Source: Minisyncoccota bacterium (GTDB lineage: Bacteria > Patescibacteriota > Minisyncoccia > Phycocordibacterales > CAIZLB01). Taken from it: DNA of 64,000 nucleotides. The notes beneath the pieces are model-generated. The model was not told where the DNA came from and searched no databases. It saw only the letters and a list, made by a program, of their open reading frames with translations. Position numbers and translations under genes: made by a program. The stretch lies in contig JAIPIA010000002.1 in the NCBI GenBank assembly GCA_021734945.1, positions 194,829 to 258,828 on the forward strand, in the 5' to 3' direction. Positions 47,980-58,002 of the stretch are shown here, piece by piece (the stretch's first letter is position 1; each line of letters begins with the position of its first letter).

Positions 47980-48747
47980 GTGAATCGTAATAATAATTTT
48001 ATGGAACTTATAAACGACAAGGAGCGGCGGGTAATGGAAGCTCTTTTTAAACTTGGGAATTGTACGGTCAATCAAATATCTAAGGAAACCCTCATAAATC
48101 GTACCGCCCTCTATCACACACTGGGGCTTTTGATTAAAAAAGGGTTAGTGACACAAGTCGAGAAAGATAAGATCTCATACTATGAAGCAATATCCATTGA
48201 ACAATACGAGAAATGGGTGGAATCAAAAATCGAGACACTTAAACAAACCTCAAAGAAAGATGTGGCTATTTTTTCAACCGTTAAAAAAGACAAGAAGCTT
48301 TCACTCTACGCGGACGTAAAATACTTTGAAGGACCTGAAGGTATCAGAAACTTTTTTGCTGATAGCATTTATAATAATAAAGAAAAGCAGATTCTAACTA
48401 TTACTGACTATGAAAGTGGTTATGCAAAACTTGGTGACTGGTTTACTGAAGTATATTTACCTGAACGAGTACGAAAAGGTGTGCGAGTAAGGAGTGTATT
48501 GCCAGACTCCCCTATTGGGCGAAGTTATGTAAAATCTGCAAAGGAGCTTTTACGTGACATGTGCTTTGTAGATATTTTTAAAGATTTAGGGATAGAAATG
48601 GCAGTATATGATTCAAAAGTAACTATTACAGTATTCGATAAAAAGCATCCAATTGGCGTAATTATCAAAAACGATATTATTGCGAATGCATTTCGAGAGA
48701 TATTTACGTATATTTGGAAGACTGGGGAGAAAGTTAATATAAAGTAG
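47980..48747 (+). CDS. TrmB-like wHTH transcriptional regulator (paralog 6, more divergent)
   Basis: MEALFKLGNCTVNQISKETLINRTALYHTLGLLIKKGLVTQVE. Confidence 0.5.
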   Translation: MNRNNNFMELINDKERRVMEALFKLGNCTVNQISKETLINRTALYHTLGLLIKKGLVTQVEKDKISYYEAISIEQYEKWVESKIETLKQTSKKDVAIFSTVKKDKKLSLYADVKYFEGPEGIRNFFADSIYNNKEKQILTITDYESGYAKLGDWFTEVYLPERVRKGVRVRSVLPDSPIGRSYVKSAKELLRDMCFVDIFKDLGIEMAVYDSKVTITVFDKKHPIGVIIKNDIIANAFREIFTYIWKTGEKVNIK

Positions 48748-48845
48748 TTTCAATCGATTGAGGACGGTCATTAAAAAAAACCAATAAAAAAAACACCCAC
48801 ACATTTAAGCGAGGTGTTTTATATTAGTCCTATCTTGTTGTTAAA

Positions 48846-50000
48846 TTACTTTAAATCCTGAACCTTACCATCCTTGAAAACTCTTGCCTTATGACCTCCA
48901 ACAAGATCCCCATTAGCACCTATAGTTACAGAACCTGAAGCACCATTCCAATTTGCAATACGATGGCCGAAATCAGCAATCTTTGTACCGTCATATCCAA
49001 CCTTAGTAATTGCATCTTTTACGATATATATAGCATCGTATACTGTCTGTCCATAACTCTGGTACGGCATATCTTTTCCGTACTTAGTTTTATACACTTC
49101 AAGCAAGTGTGCAAAAGTCTTGTTTGATGAATCAGTGCTAAATTCAGCTCCCACCATACCATTTAATGCGTCCTTATATTTTGAGAGTACATCAGTAGCA
49201 CCAAGAGTAATATCATTTGTAAACAATGATACGTTCCACTTGAGAGCAATCATTTGAGCAGTTATAGCATCTGCTGAAGCAGGAATATTTGAATCAATAA
49301 ACAAAGCATCTGCTTTCTGTGACTGAAGTTTAGAGAGTTGTGTTCTAAAATCTTTAGTTGCAGGAGCATACTCCTCTTTGATAACCTGACCACCTAAACT
49401 TGTAAATTTATCTGCAAATGCTTTATAAATACCAGCAGTATAATCTGTCTGTTCTTGTATAAAGGCAACCTTTCTCTTTCCCATGTCATGCGCCATTTGA
49501 GCTAATACAGAACCCTGACTACTATCACTTGGAAAGTTTCTAAAGAAATATGAGCTTTTACCTGTAAGACTAGGATTGCTTGATGCAGCTGAGATCAAGG
49601 CAACTTTTGCAGTCTCTGCTACTGGAAGTGCAGCCAGTGTTTCAGCACTACAAAAACCTCCAATAATTACTTGCACCTTATCAACATTCACGAGCTTCTG
49701 AGCAGCATTAACAGCACCTTCTCCATTGCATTTTCCATCTTCAATAATTACTTCAACTCTTTTTCCACTTATTCCCCCTGAAGAGTTTATTTCATCTGCA
49801 GCAATTTGAAGTGTATTTCGAACAAGCTCACCATATGTAGCAGCATCACCAGTAAGTGGTGCAATAGCTCCCACTTTGTAAGTAGATAGTGTATCCACAG
49901 TCTTTTGTACTTCATCAACTTTACTACTTTTACCGGACAGAGAAGACAGTCCCCAGACAACCAACACAATAATCACAATCCAACCAATAGCTTTATTCAT
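48846..50000 (-). CDS. LivJ-family periplasmic substrate-binding protein
   Basis: YKVGAIAPLTGDAATYGELVRNTLQIAADEINSSGGISGKRVEVIIED. Confidence 0.65.
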   Translation of the reverse strand: MNKAIGWIVIIVLVVWGLSSLSGKSSKVDEVQKTVDTLSTYKVGAIAPLTGDAATYGELVRNTLQIAADEINSSGGISGKRVEVIIEDGKCNGEGAVNAAQKLVNVDKVQVIIGGFCSAETLAALPVAETAKVALISAASSNPSLTGKSSYFFRNFPSDSSQGSVLAQMAHDMGKRKVAFIQEQTDYTAGIYKAFADKFTSLGGQVIKEEYAPATKDFRTQLSKLQSQKADALFIDSNIPASADAITAQMIALKWNVSLFTNDITLGATDVLSKYKDALNGMVGAEFSTDSSNKTFAHLLEVYKTKYGKDMPYQSYGQTVYDAIYIVKDAITKVGYDGTKIADFGHRIANWNGASGSVTIGANGDLVGGHKARVFKDGKVQDLK

Positions 50001-50153
50001 AATTGTTGTAAATATTTATAATATCTACAATCGTAGCATCAACTTTACTTATGTCAACTATATTCGTCAATACATATATAAAATTAGCCATATTTATAGG
50101 CGTATTATTGTACATTAATTAAAATTGTGGATGTTATTTGACACAAATATACA

Positions 50154-50957
50154 TTGCAATATATACTTAAAATAATGAAATCAAATAATTCTCAAATAAA
50201 AATAAATCTGCAATCTTTCGGCTTTAGTGAGAAGGAGGTGGATGTATATATTGCGTTATTAGAGTTAGGAAAAGGGACTGTTTCTGAAATTTCACGAAAA
50301 GCTGGAATAAACAGAACAACTGGATATGACATTCTTGGATCACTAGCTACAAAAGGTGTTGTGAATGTATCAGGAAAAGAACCTAAACAAGAATATGCAG
50401 CAGAGTCCCCAGCTTCAATAACACAGTATTTAAAAAGAATAGCTGCTGAGACTGCAGAGCATATTAAAAAATCTGAGGAAATTATCCCCGAACTAGAAGT
50501 TCTTCATGCACTCAAAAATAGACCTAAAATTAGATTTTATGAAGGTAAAGAAGGCTTGCAACATGTATACGAAGATACACTTACATCTTCTGAACCTATT
50601 CGTGCATACGCGACAATCGACGACATGTATAAAGCACTTCCCAACTACTTTCCTGAATACTATAAAAGAAGAGCTAAGAAAGGTATTACAATAAGAGGTA
50701 TTGTTCCAAAGACAGCTGCTGGAATAGATAGAAAAAAATATGACAAGGAAGAGAAGAGAGAAATTGCTTTTGTACCTGCAGATAAATATTATTTTTCACC
50801 TGAAATAAACATATATGACAACAAAGTAATGATTGCTTCTTGGCGAGAAAATCTAGGCATTATCATCGAAAGTGCTGAGATTGCTGATGTTATGAAGAAA
50901 ATGTATGAATTGGCTTGGACTGAGGCTAAGAGGTTGGATAAGGAAGGTGATAAATAA
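50154..50957 (+). CDS. TrmB-family wHTH transcriptional regulator (paralog 7)
   Basis: LQSFGFSEKEVDVYIALLELGKGTVSEISRKAGINRTTGYDILGSLATKGVVN. Confidence 0.6.
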   Translation: MQYILKIMKSNNSQIKINLQSFGFSEKEVDVYIALLELGKGTVSEISRKAGINRTTGYDILGSLATKGVVNVSGKEPKQEYAAESPASITQYLKRIAAETAEHIKKSEEIIPELEVLHALKNRPKIRFYEGKEGLQHVYEDTLTSSEPIRAYATIDDMYKALPNYFPEYYKRRAKKGITIRGIVPKTAAGIDRKKYDKEEKREIAFVPADKYYFSPEINIYDNKVMIASWRENLGIIIESAEIADVMKKMYELAWTEAKRLDKEGDK

Positions 50958-51080
50958 AAAAATTTAAAATTCATACAAAATAAAACCAGCGACCCCTCTG
51001 TAGGAATCGCCGGCGATTTGCGTCTATATGTACGCACTGAATATTTTAAACACCTCAAATACAAGCTACCACAGCATGTA

Positions 51081-51989
51081 TTAAAGCATCGCACTGAACT
51101 TCGTGCCAGTGAGAGCAAGACCCCAGAAACCTTTTGTTCTGACCAATTTCTGAGTATCTTCCCCATCGAAGCTGTTTGGGAGATGTGTCAGAAACATCTT
51201 ACTTTTTGCATCGACAGGCAGAGTGACAAGTGAATCAAATGGCGCATGTACTGGATCATTAGGAAACGGTGATGCATCATGAATCATCACTTTACAACGT
51301 GGAGCATACGACTTGATCAGACCCGCGTCGAAGCGAGTGTCACCTGAAATCCAGATCAAATCATTAATCAGAACTCCAGTGCTCCAAGCTGATTCTTGCC
51401 ATGATGAAGCGACAGCCGGTGTGTGCATGGTTCGGAAAGCCTCGATCTTGAAACTTCCTTTTTTGAACTGATAGATATCTCTGTCTGCGAAGGAACTGTC
51501 CTCCGTAGGCAAAAGAATGTCGTACCAGCGGTTTGAGGGCAAAGTTTTGAGGTCGTCTCCACCTTCATCCTTCGAGGACCTCAACGAATCGTGTGAGGAC
51601 AATCCGCCTGATAGACTATTGTTCCACAGATCTTGTGCCCAAGTGCGAGGAGCCCACAATGTGGCTTTGGCACCAGGGACATTACCGCGGAAATAGCGGT
51701 TATCGATGAGCATCCGATCGAGACCACCTATGTGATCTCCATGAGCATGAGTGATAAAGAAGTTTGAAATCGAAGCAGGATTGATTCCAAACCGAGTGAA
51801 CGACGCAGGAACGTTGTAGCCGCAGTCGATAAGTAAAGATTCCTTACCGAGAACAGCAATGAAACTCGTGTGCGTGTTTGCCTGCGCGGCCCCGTGACCA
51901 ATAGCATAGACTTCGAGCTGACTGCCGTCGTTTTGAAGCGAGACAGCACTAAACTGCGTAACTTTAACATGGGCTGGTTTGATTTTCAT
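51081..51989 (-). CDS. MBL-fold metallo-hydrolase
   Basis: FITHAHGDHIGGL (HxHxDH) and additional His/Asp ligands. Confidence 0.55.
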   Translation of the reverse strand: MKIKPAHVKVTQFSAVSLQNDGSQLEVYAIGHGAAQANTHTSFIAVLGKESLLIDCGYNVPASFTRFGINPASISNFFITHAHGDHIGGLDRMLIDNRYFRGNVPGAKATLWAPRTWAQDLWNNSLSGGLSSHDSLRSSKDEGGDDLKTLPSNRWYDILLPTEDSSFADRDIYQFKKGSFKIEAFRTMHTPAVASSWQESAWSTGVLINDLIWISGDTRFDAGLIKSYAPRCKVMIHDASPFPNDPVHAPFDSLVTLPVDAKSKMFLTHLPNSFDGEDTQKLVRTKGFWGLALTGTKFSAML

Positions 51990-52278
51990 AGAACTATGAG
52001 CTTTCGCTCGGGTTGGTTGGTTTGGATTTTCTGAATAGAATGGAGTCTAGTTGCACCAGACTTTTCTAAATTGTGTTGTCTGAGGTTCTTCTAGACGTCA
52101 CCCTGACGTCACCTCTATATCTGTATTTCTAACTATAATTCTAGTACCTGCGTAGTTTGGCGCAATAATTTATGTCGAACTTTTCGTCTAAAATTATTGA
52201 TTTAACAATAGTGAGGCGTATAATAAAGTAAGTACTGAAAGGTGGCGAATTCAATAAAAAATTAAATACAATAAAAAT

Positions 52279-53028
52279 ATGACTGAACTTATTGAACTAA
52301 TTAAAAACAGTGGGTTAACAGAGAAAGAATCAAAAATATATCTTGCGGCTTTAGAACTGGGAGAAGGAACAGTACAAGATATATCTAAAAAATCTGGAGT
52401 TGTTCGTACTTCCCTATACTATATTATCGAACGACTTGTGAGAGAAGGCTTTCTTATTGAAACAAAAAGAAACCGTAAAAACTTTTACATGGCTTGCCCA
52501 CCAATGGATGTAGCAACAAAACTTCGTCAGAGAATTCGTGAATTTGAGACGCACATAAATATTCTCGAAGCGCGACGTGGTGCTCTATATAAGAGACCAC
52601 GTATGTATTTCTTGCATGGTCCGAGTGGTTTCAAAGAAGCTTGGAATATTATTTTTAAATCTGATCCACGCGAATATTCTATAATCACGGAGGGACTCAA
52701 CTTTCTCGATTATGTGAAGGCAAAGTATATTGTGACTGAAATAATTTCTCAGAAGAAAAAACTCGGAGTACGCAGTAAACAAATGATCATCGATTCACCT
52801 TATGCACGTGAACATATTTTACCTAAAGATAAATTGGAAAATAGAAAAAGCCGACTACTCCCCCGAGGTATGAGACTTGGTTTTACAGAAGTAATATGTC
52901 CGAAGCTTGTTGCTTTTATTTCACCAAAATACAATGATAGTATTTTTATAATCGAAGATGCAGTGTTCGCTGAAACACGTAAGGTACTGTTTGATCAGTT
53001 GTGGTATACGTTGCCGGAGGTGAAGTAA
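52279..53028 (+). CDS. TrmB-family wHTH transcriptional regulator (paralog 8)
   Basis: IKNSGLTEKESKIYLAALELGEGTVQDISKKSGVVRTSLYYIIERLVREGFLIE. Confidence 0.6.
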   Translation: MTELIELIKNSGLTEKESKIYLAALELGEGTVQDISKKSGVVRTSLYYIIERLVREGFLIETKRNRKNFYMACPPMDVATKLRQRIREFETHINILEARRGALYKRPRMYFLHGPSGFKEAWNIIFKSDPREYSIITEGLNFLDYVKAKYIVTEIISQKKKLGVRSKQMIIDSPYAREHILPKDKLENRKSRLLPRGMRLGFTEVICPKLVAFISPKYNDSIFIIEDAVFAETRKVLFDQLWYTLPEVK

Positions 53029-53069
53029 GAAACAGCAGGTGGAAAAGGAGAGAATATTGATAAAATAAA

Positions 53070-53102
53070 AACCGCCAACCTTTGAGATTGGCGGTTTTTT
53101 AA
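53070..53102. terminator. Bidirectional terminator between convergent TrmB-8 and the oxygenase-like gene
   Basis: aaaaCCGCCAAcctttgagaTTGGCGGtttttt. Confidence 0.5.
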
Positions 53103-53126
53103 TGCAAATTGAAAAGATATGAGAAA

Positions 53127-53969
53127 TTATTTAAACTGCTTCACAACCTCTTCAAAAGGCATACCATAGTTGAAACCAGGATCCTGATCTTGAAGTCTCC
53201 CTCGGCTACTTTTATCGTATTTCGGGTGATTCTTGAGTGAGAAAAAAACCACCATTGAGTAGCGACCTGCATTCGCCGTTTCTTGATTTGCTACAACACG
53301 GTGACAGAGAGCATTGATTTTACCTTCAGAAACATACTGAAGTTGGTAACCTGGAAAGATTACCGTCTCAGTCTCAGACACCGGTGTGTCAAACCACTCT
53401 TTATCACCATAACTTAGACCTTGGAGCCCTGGGGCACTTTCGAACAAGTGAAATGTAAAAGCACTCTTATCAATATGAGACACAGCAGTACTCTCACCTA
53501 CCTTACGCTCACCTGGATAGTACAGAAACCGTACAAACCAAGTACCCATACTTGCCGAAACTTCATTCATAAAATTGTCGATACCGAAGTGAGTTTCAAC
53601 ATCATGTGCAAATGACAAGACTGAAGGAGAAAGACGGCCGATCAACTCTCCTGCCGCATCGACAAGAGTACGCGACACCCCTTGCAGCTCAGTATTTTCA
53701 AGTCCACAAATTGCATCATTCAAAACATCGGCACCATCAAACGTAAAATGAAAATCTTTCTTTCGGTCATCTGTTGGTCCAGTTCCTTGTTGATGTTCAT
53801 AGCCAACTCCATTTTTGTATGGAAATTGATCAGTGACTGAATCAGAAAGACTAACAAATTTCTTCCAAGATTCCAGAGCTTTTTTTACAGCAGTACGCAA
53901 ATCTGTAGGATAAGCCAATCTGTACAGCCCATTAGTTCTGAATCCTTCAATTGATTGTTTTGTTTCCAT
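53127..53969 (-). CDS. 2-oxoglutarate/Fe(II)-dependent oxygenase-like protein
   Basis: HxD (VSHIDKS) ... H (LCHRVV) ... RxS (RYSMVVF), spaced as in the 2OG-FeII_Oxy fold. Confidence 0.4.
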   Translation of the reverse strand: METKQSIEGFRTNGLYRLAYPTDLRTAVKKALESWKKFVSLSDSVTDQFPYKNGVGYEHQQGTGPTDDRKKDFHFTFDGADVLNDAICGLENTELQGVSRTLVDAAGELIGRLSPSVLSFAHDVETHFGIDNFMNEVSASMGTWFVRFLYYPGERKVGESTAVSHIDKSAFTFHLFESAPGLQGLSYGDKEWFDTPVSETETVIFPGYQLQYVSEGKINALCHRVVANQETANAGRYSMVVFFSLKNHPKYDKSSRGRLQDQDPGFNYGMPFEEVVKQFK

Positions 53970-54083
53970 ATTAAAGTTTGTTTTAAGTTTGTTTGTTTAA
54001 ATATTGAGGCAACGATAAGAGTCACTTATTAGGGTCACTAACAAGAACTAATTGTTCCGCGGGAATAGTAACTTGTAAACAAA

Positions 54084-54110
54084 AGCAAAAAAAGCGAGGA
54101 CTTCCTCGGT
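54084..54110 (-). terminator. Rho-independent terminator after the secY-Nudix transcription unit
   Basis: On - strand: GCGAGGAagtCCTCGC followed by tttttttgctttt. Confidence 0.5.
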
Positions 54111-54173
54111 AAAAATAGTCATATTTTAGAACACTAAATAGAATAAATAAGGTGTCTATTTTCAATCTAACAC

Positions 54174-54923
54174 CTAGGGCTGCTTTTCGCCTTTTTTCTC
54201 AACTTCACTGTATAAGAAAGGTAAATCGTATATAGTTCCATCTTTTACTGCTTGTATTACCATAGCAATCATTTCGATACAATCGAAAGTATCATATGCT
54301 TCATTTTCTAAAGCTTTTTCAATAGGTACCCACATATTTTCCCCAAACTCTGTTGAGATAAGCTCACCACCTGTTATACAGTCTGAATATGCAATTGGGA
54401 AAAATAAATCTGAAAATAATTCATCTTTCACATACATTATTCTTCGTTCAATCCCGATAAGTTTAAACTCTGCCTCAAGTCCTGTTTCTTGCTTTAGTTT
54501 TCGGGAAGCTGCAGTTAAGGTATTCTCACCTTTCCAAATAACACCTCCCATTACGCCAATCTTTCCATACGATGGGTTTGATTTTCGAAGTTGATTGAGA
54601 ATTTCAATTTTTCCATCTACAACTCGCGATACTATTGTAATTACATTTGCCTTGAATAAACTTGTAATAACCTTACTGTCTGAAAGAATAGGATCTGCCA
54701 TATGCTTAACACCCAACTCCGAAAGAGCATAACCTTCTGACTCGCCTGTCTTTCCGAGCTTTTCTATAAAACCTTTTTTTACCAAAAACTGGAGATGATA
54801 ATTAAAGAGGTCATTTTGAATACGATACTCCGGCATAAGTTCACTGTATCTTAAAGATTTTGCATTCTTTAGCTTTGAAAGAATATGATTTTGAATTGGA
54901 GAAAATCCGCTATTAATAGACAT
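54174..54923 (-). CDS. wHTH-Nudix hydrolase fusion protein
   Basis: N-terminal winged helix (YHLQFLVKKGFIEKLGK). Nudix box GGVIWKGENTLTAASRKLKQETGLEAEF. Start set at internal Met MSINSG. Confidence 0.5.
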   Translation of the reverse strand: MSINSGFSPIQNHILSKLKNAKSLRYSELMPEYRIQNDLFNYHLQFLVKKGFIEKLGKTGESEGYALSELGVKHMADPILSDSKVITSLFKANVITIVSRVVDGKIEILNQLRKSNPSYGKIGVMGGVIWKGENTLTAASRKLKQETGLEAEFKLIGIERRIMYVKDELFSDLFFPIAYSDCITGGELISTEFGENMWVPIEKALENEAYDTFDCIEMIAMVIQAVKDGTIYDLPFLYSEVEKKGEKQP

Positions 54924-55069
54924 AAGTGTCCTAAAATTAACATAATATAGACTTATAACAAAGCTGTTTCCTTCACAAAAAAAACACCCATTTCTGGGTA
55001 TTTTTTCATCTATCAAAATCAAGATCTGATTGGAGTAGGTTGAGCCTGAGCTTCGGCTTTGTATAGAGA

Positions 55070-56341
55070 CTAGTACTCTCTCATAGACAACTGAGCGTCT
55101 ACTTTCTTTACGATATCGAGAACTACTGATACTACGATAAGAAGTCCTGTACCACCAACAGTAAGGTATGAAATACCTGTAATAGCCTTGAGAACCGGTG
55201 GAAGCACCGCCACAAGTGCTAGGAAGAGCGCACCAACGAGAGTGATACGAGTTACCACCTTACCAAGATACGCCTCTGTAGACTCACCAGGACGCACGCC
55301 AGGGATAAATGCTCCACCCTTCTGAAGATTCTCAGATATAGACTTTGGGTCGAACGTAACTGCTGTATAGAAGAATGTGAAGAAGAATACAAGTACAAAG
55401 TAAGCGCCAGCGTAGAACCATGGGTTAGCCATCAAATCAGTAACAATAAGAGCTAACTTATCTATTGCAGGATAATGCAAATATGTAAGGAAGTTCAATA
55501 CCATCTGTGGAAGCAAGAGAAGTGAGAGAGCAAAGATGATAGGGATAACTCCAGCTTGGTTAAGTCGAAGTGGAAGGTATGTAGAAGTACCACCATGAGT
55601 CTGACCACCTCGTATCTGCTTTGCATATGTTACTGGAATAGGTCGTTCTGCTTCTGTAATATATACAACCAAAAGCACCATAAGGAGCGCTAGTGCACCA
55701 AGTGCGATATATGTAAACAAATCTTCAATCTGGAATGCATAGAAAATCTGAGATGCAACTTGTGGGACAACAGCAACGATACCAGCAAAGATAATCATTG
55801 AGAGACCGTTACCGATACCGAACTCTGTCATAACCTCACCAAGCCACATGAGGAATACTGAACCAGCTACGATAACTAGTACGTTTGTAAGAAGAGAAAA
55901 TGAATCAAGTGAGGCTACGATACCTTGTCGCTGTAAGAGTACGATGAATCCGAAAGCCTGTGCAAATGCAAGAGGAACAGAAAGGAGTCGTGAATACTGT
56001 GAAAACTTTTTTCGCCCAATAGCACCCTCTTCCTGGTACATAGACTTAAGCTTTGGAGACATCATAGTCAAAAGCTGCATAATAATAGAAGCAGTAATGT
56101 ATGGGCCTACACCGAGCATTACGATAGAGAGAGTAGAAAGTCCTCCTCCTGAGAAAATATTTAAAAGACCGAAAAATTGGTTACTATCTAAAAACTGTGA
56201 AAGAGCAGTTTGGTCTACTCCAGGGATTGGGATAACTGAAAGAACACGGAATGCTGCAAGAATACCCAAAACAAAAAGAACCTGTTTTCGTAAGGCTGAA
56301 TCCTGAAAAATGTGCTTTATTTTCTGTATGAAATTTGACAT
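55070..56341 (-). CDS. secY: Preprotein translocase subunit SecY
   Basis: 10-TM protein. LSVIPIPGVD, GVGPYITASIIMQLL motifs. Confidence 0.85.
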   Translation of the reverse strand: MSNFIQKIKHIFQDSALRKQVLFVLGILAAFRVLSVIPIPGVDQTALSQFLDSNQFFGLLNIFSGGGLSTLSIVMLGVGPYITASIIMQLLTMMSPKLKSMYQEEGAIGRKKFSQYSRLLSVPLAFAQAFGFIVLLQRQGIVASLDSFSLLTNVLVIVAGSVFLMWLGEVMTEFGIGNGLSMIIFAGIVAVVPQVASQIFYAFQIEDLFTYIALGALALLMVLLVVYITEAERPIPVTYAKQIRGGQTHGGTSTYLPLRLNQAGVIPIIFALSLLLLPQMVLNFLTYLHYPAIDKLALIVTDLMANPWFYAGAYFVLVFFFTFFYTAVTFDPKSISENLQKGGAFIPGVRPGESTEAYLGKVVTRITLVGALFLALVAVLPPVLKAITGISYLTVGGTGLLIVVSVVLDIVKKVDAQLSMREY

Positions 56342-56424
56342 AGTAGGTTAATTAACTGAACCGTTGTAAGAAGCTTATAGAAAAATATCTGCTAACTTTA
56401 CATAGTTTAACCACTATGCGAAGA

Positions 56425-56865
56425 CTACGCCTCTATCTTTCCACCAGCCTTTTCAATCTTTGCTTTTGCAGGAGCTGAGACTTCACAATCTCGGAACCGA
56501 AGCGCAACTGATACTTCACCGAGTGATAGAATTTTAACACGAGGATACCGTCCGTGAACAGTAGACAAAATACCCTTATCTACAATAGTTTTTGGAGATA
56601 CAATATCGTTTGCTTTGAAATCTGCAAACATAGAAAGATTTAGAGGTACAGCATCTTTCTGAATAGACTTGTTTGAGTTGACACCACGACCTCGAAGCTT
56701 TGGAAGTCGTTTGATCATATCTCGAATCTCAGGTCGAATCTTGTGACCAGCTCGAGCTTTCTGACCTTTTGTTCCTCGTCCAGAAGTTTTACCACGCTTG
56801 CCACCTCGGCCAACTTGGATCTTCTTCATATTTTCAGTTTTTCGTTTTAGGTTGTGGTTTTGCAT
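56425..56865 (-). CDS. rplO: 50S ribosomal protein L15
   Basis: Gly/Arg-rich N-terminus. KRLPKLRGRGVN. Confidence 0.8.
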   Translation of the reverse strand: MQNHNLKRKTENMKKIQVGRGGKRGKTSGRGTKGQKARAGHKIRPEIRDMIKRLPKLRGRGVNSNKSIQKDAVPLNLSMFADFKANDIVSPKTIVDKGILSTVHGRYPRVKILSLGEVSVALRFRDCEVSAPAKAKIEKAGGKIEA

Positions 56866-56900
56866 GGCAATTTTTAAAAAATCTTTTAATAGATACTGGA

Positions 56901-57617
56901 TTATTTACTATAAGTTCGAGGTTTCTTGAGCATCTTCAATGCCTCAATAGCTACTCGCGCGTTATTGAGTTTGTTTTTTGTACCTGATCGGAGTTTTGCA
57001 GTAATGTTTTTGATACCTGCAAGTTCGATAACATCTCGTACAGAACTTCCTGCTACTACACCCTTACCAGGAGCTGGCATCATGTGTACAACTGAAGCAC
57101 CAAACTTCTTTACAACTTCGTGAGGAATACTATGAGTCTTTGTAAGTGAAAGAGTGATCATGTTCTTCTTTGCACTTCGGAGAGCTTTGTCTACAGCAAG
57201 AGATGTATCACCTCCCTTTCCTGTTCCTACTCCTACTTTACCTTTTCGGTCTCCAGCAACAAGAGATACAGCAAAACTAAATCGTCGTCCTCCTGATGCC
57301 ACTCGAGTTACTCGTCGAATGTCGATAATCTTCTGATCAAATTCTGGCTTAGCTCGTGGTTCTCGTCGTGGGCCACCTCGTCGGTCTCCACCTGCTCCAG
57401 GTGCTCCTCGTCCAGGACCTCGTGAATCATTAGAGCCTCGTCCTCCAGGTGCATTTCGTCGTGGGCCGTTTGAAAAAGTTCTAGGAGCAAAACCAGCAGA
57501 TGCAGGCTTAGCAACAGGTGCTGTTGATGCAACAACAGGCGCAGCTGTAGCCTCAGTAGCTTCTACTACTGCTTCTTTTATAATTTCTTCGTTTGTATCT
57601 TTAATTTGATCAGACAT
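56901..57617 (-). CDS. rpsE: 30S ribosomal protein S5 with ~90-aa Ala/Pro/Gly/Arg-rich N-terminal extension
   Basis: IDIRRVTRVASGGRRFSFAVSLVAGDRKGKVGVGTGKGGD...VVKKFGASVVHMMPAPGKGVVAGSSVRDVIELAGI. No L30 gene between S5 and L15. Confidence 0.8.
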   Translation of the reverse strand: MSDQIKDTNEEIIKEAVVEATEATAAPVVASTAPVAKPASAGFAPRTFSNGPRRNAPGGRGSNDSRGPGRGAPGAGGDRRGGPRREPRAKPEFDQKIIDIRRVTRVASGGRRFSFAVSLVAGDRKGKVGVGTGKGGDTSLAVDKALRSAKKNMITLSLTKTHSIPHEVVKKFGASVVHMMPAPGKGVVAGSSVRDVIELAGIKNITAKLRSGTKNKLNNARVAIEALKMLKKPRTYSK

Positions 57618-57626
57618 ATATGTGTA

Positions 57627-57971
57627 TTAAAATTGTAGTCCACCTTCTCGAGCACCATCTGCTAGAGCCTTAATTCGACCTGTGTAAATAAATCCTCCTC
57701 GGTCAAACACTACTTTAGCAATATTTTTAGCCTGAGCCAATTTTGCTATTTCGATACCTACAGCATGAGCTGAGGTTGTTTTGTTACCCTTTATTTCAGC
57801 CGATGAAGCAGCAGCCAAAGTAACAGCATGTTCATCATCGATGAGCTGAGCATAAGTTGCTGTATTTGACTTGTACACTGAAAGACGTGGGCAAAGTGCT
57901 GTACCCGAAATCTTTGATCGGATTCGCTTTCGTCGTCTGTCTCTTGGTGTTGAAATTATTGACTGCTTCAT
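57627..57971 (-). CDS. rplR: 50S ribosomal protein L18
   Basis: PRLSVYKSNTATYAQLIDDEHAVTLAAASS...DRGGFIYTGRIKALADGAREGGLQF. Confidence 0.8.
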   Translation of the reverse strand: MKQSIISTPRDRRRKRIRSKISGTALCPRLSVYKSNTATYAQLIDDEHAVTLAAASSAEIKGNKTTSAHAVGIEIAKLAQAKNIAKVVFDRGGFIYTGRIKALADGAREGGLQF

Positions 57972-58002
57972 GATGATAAATTTATCTAATTATAGCTATT
58001 GA

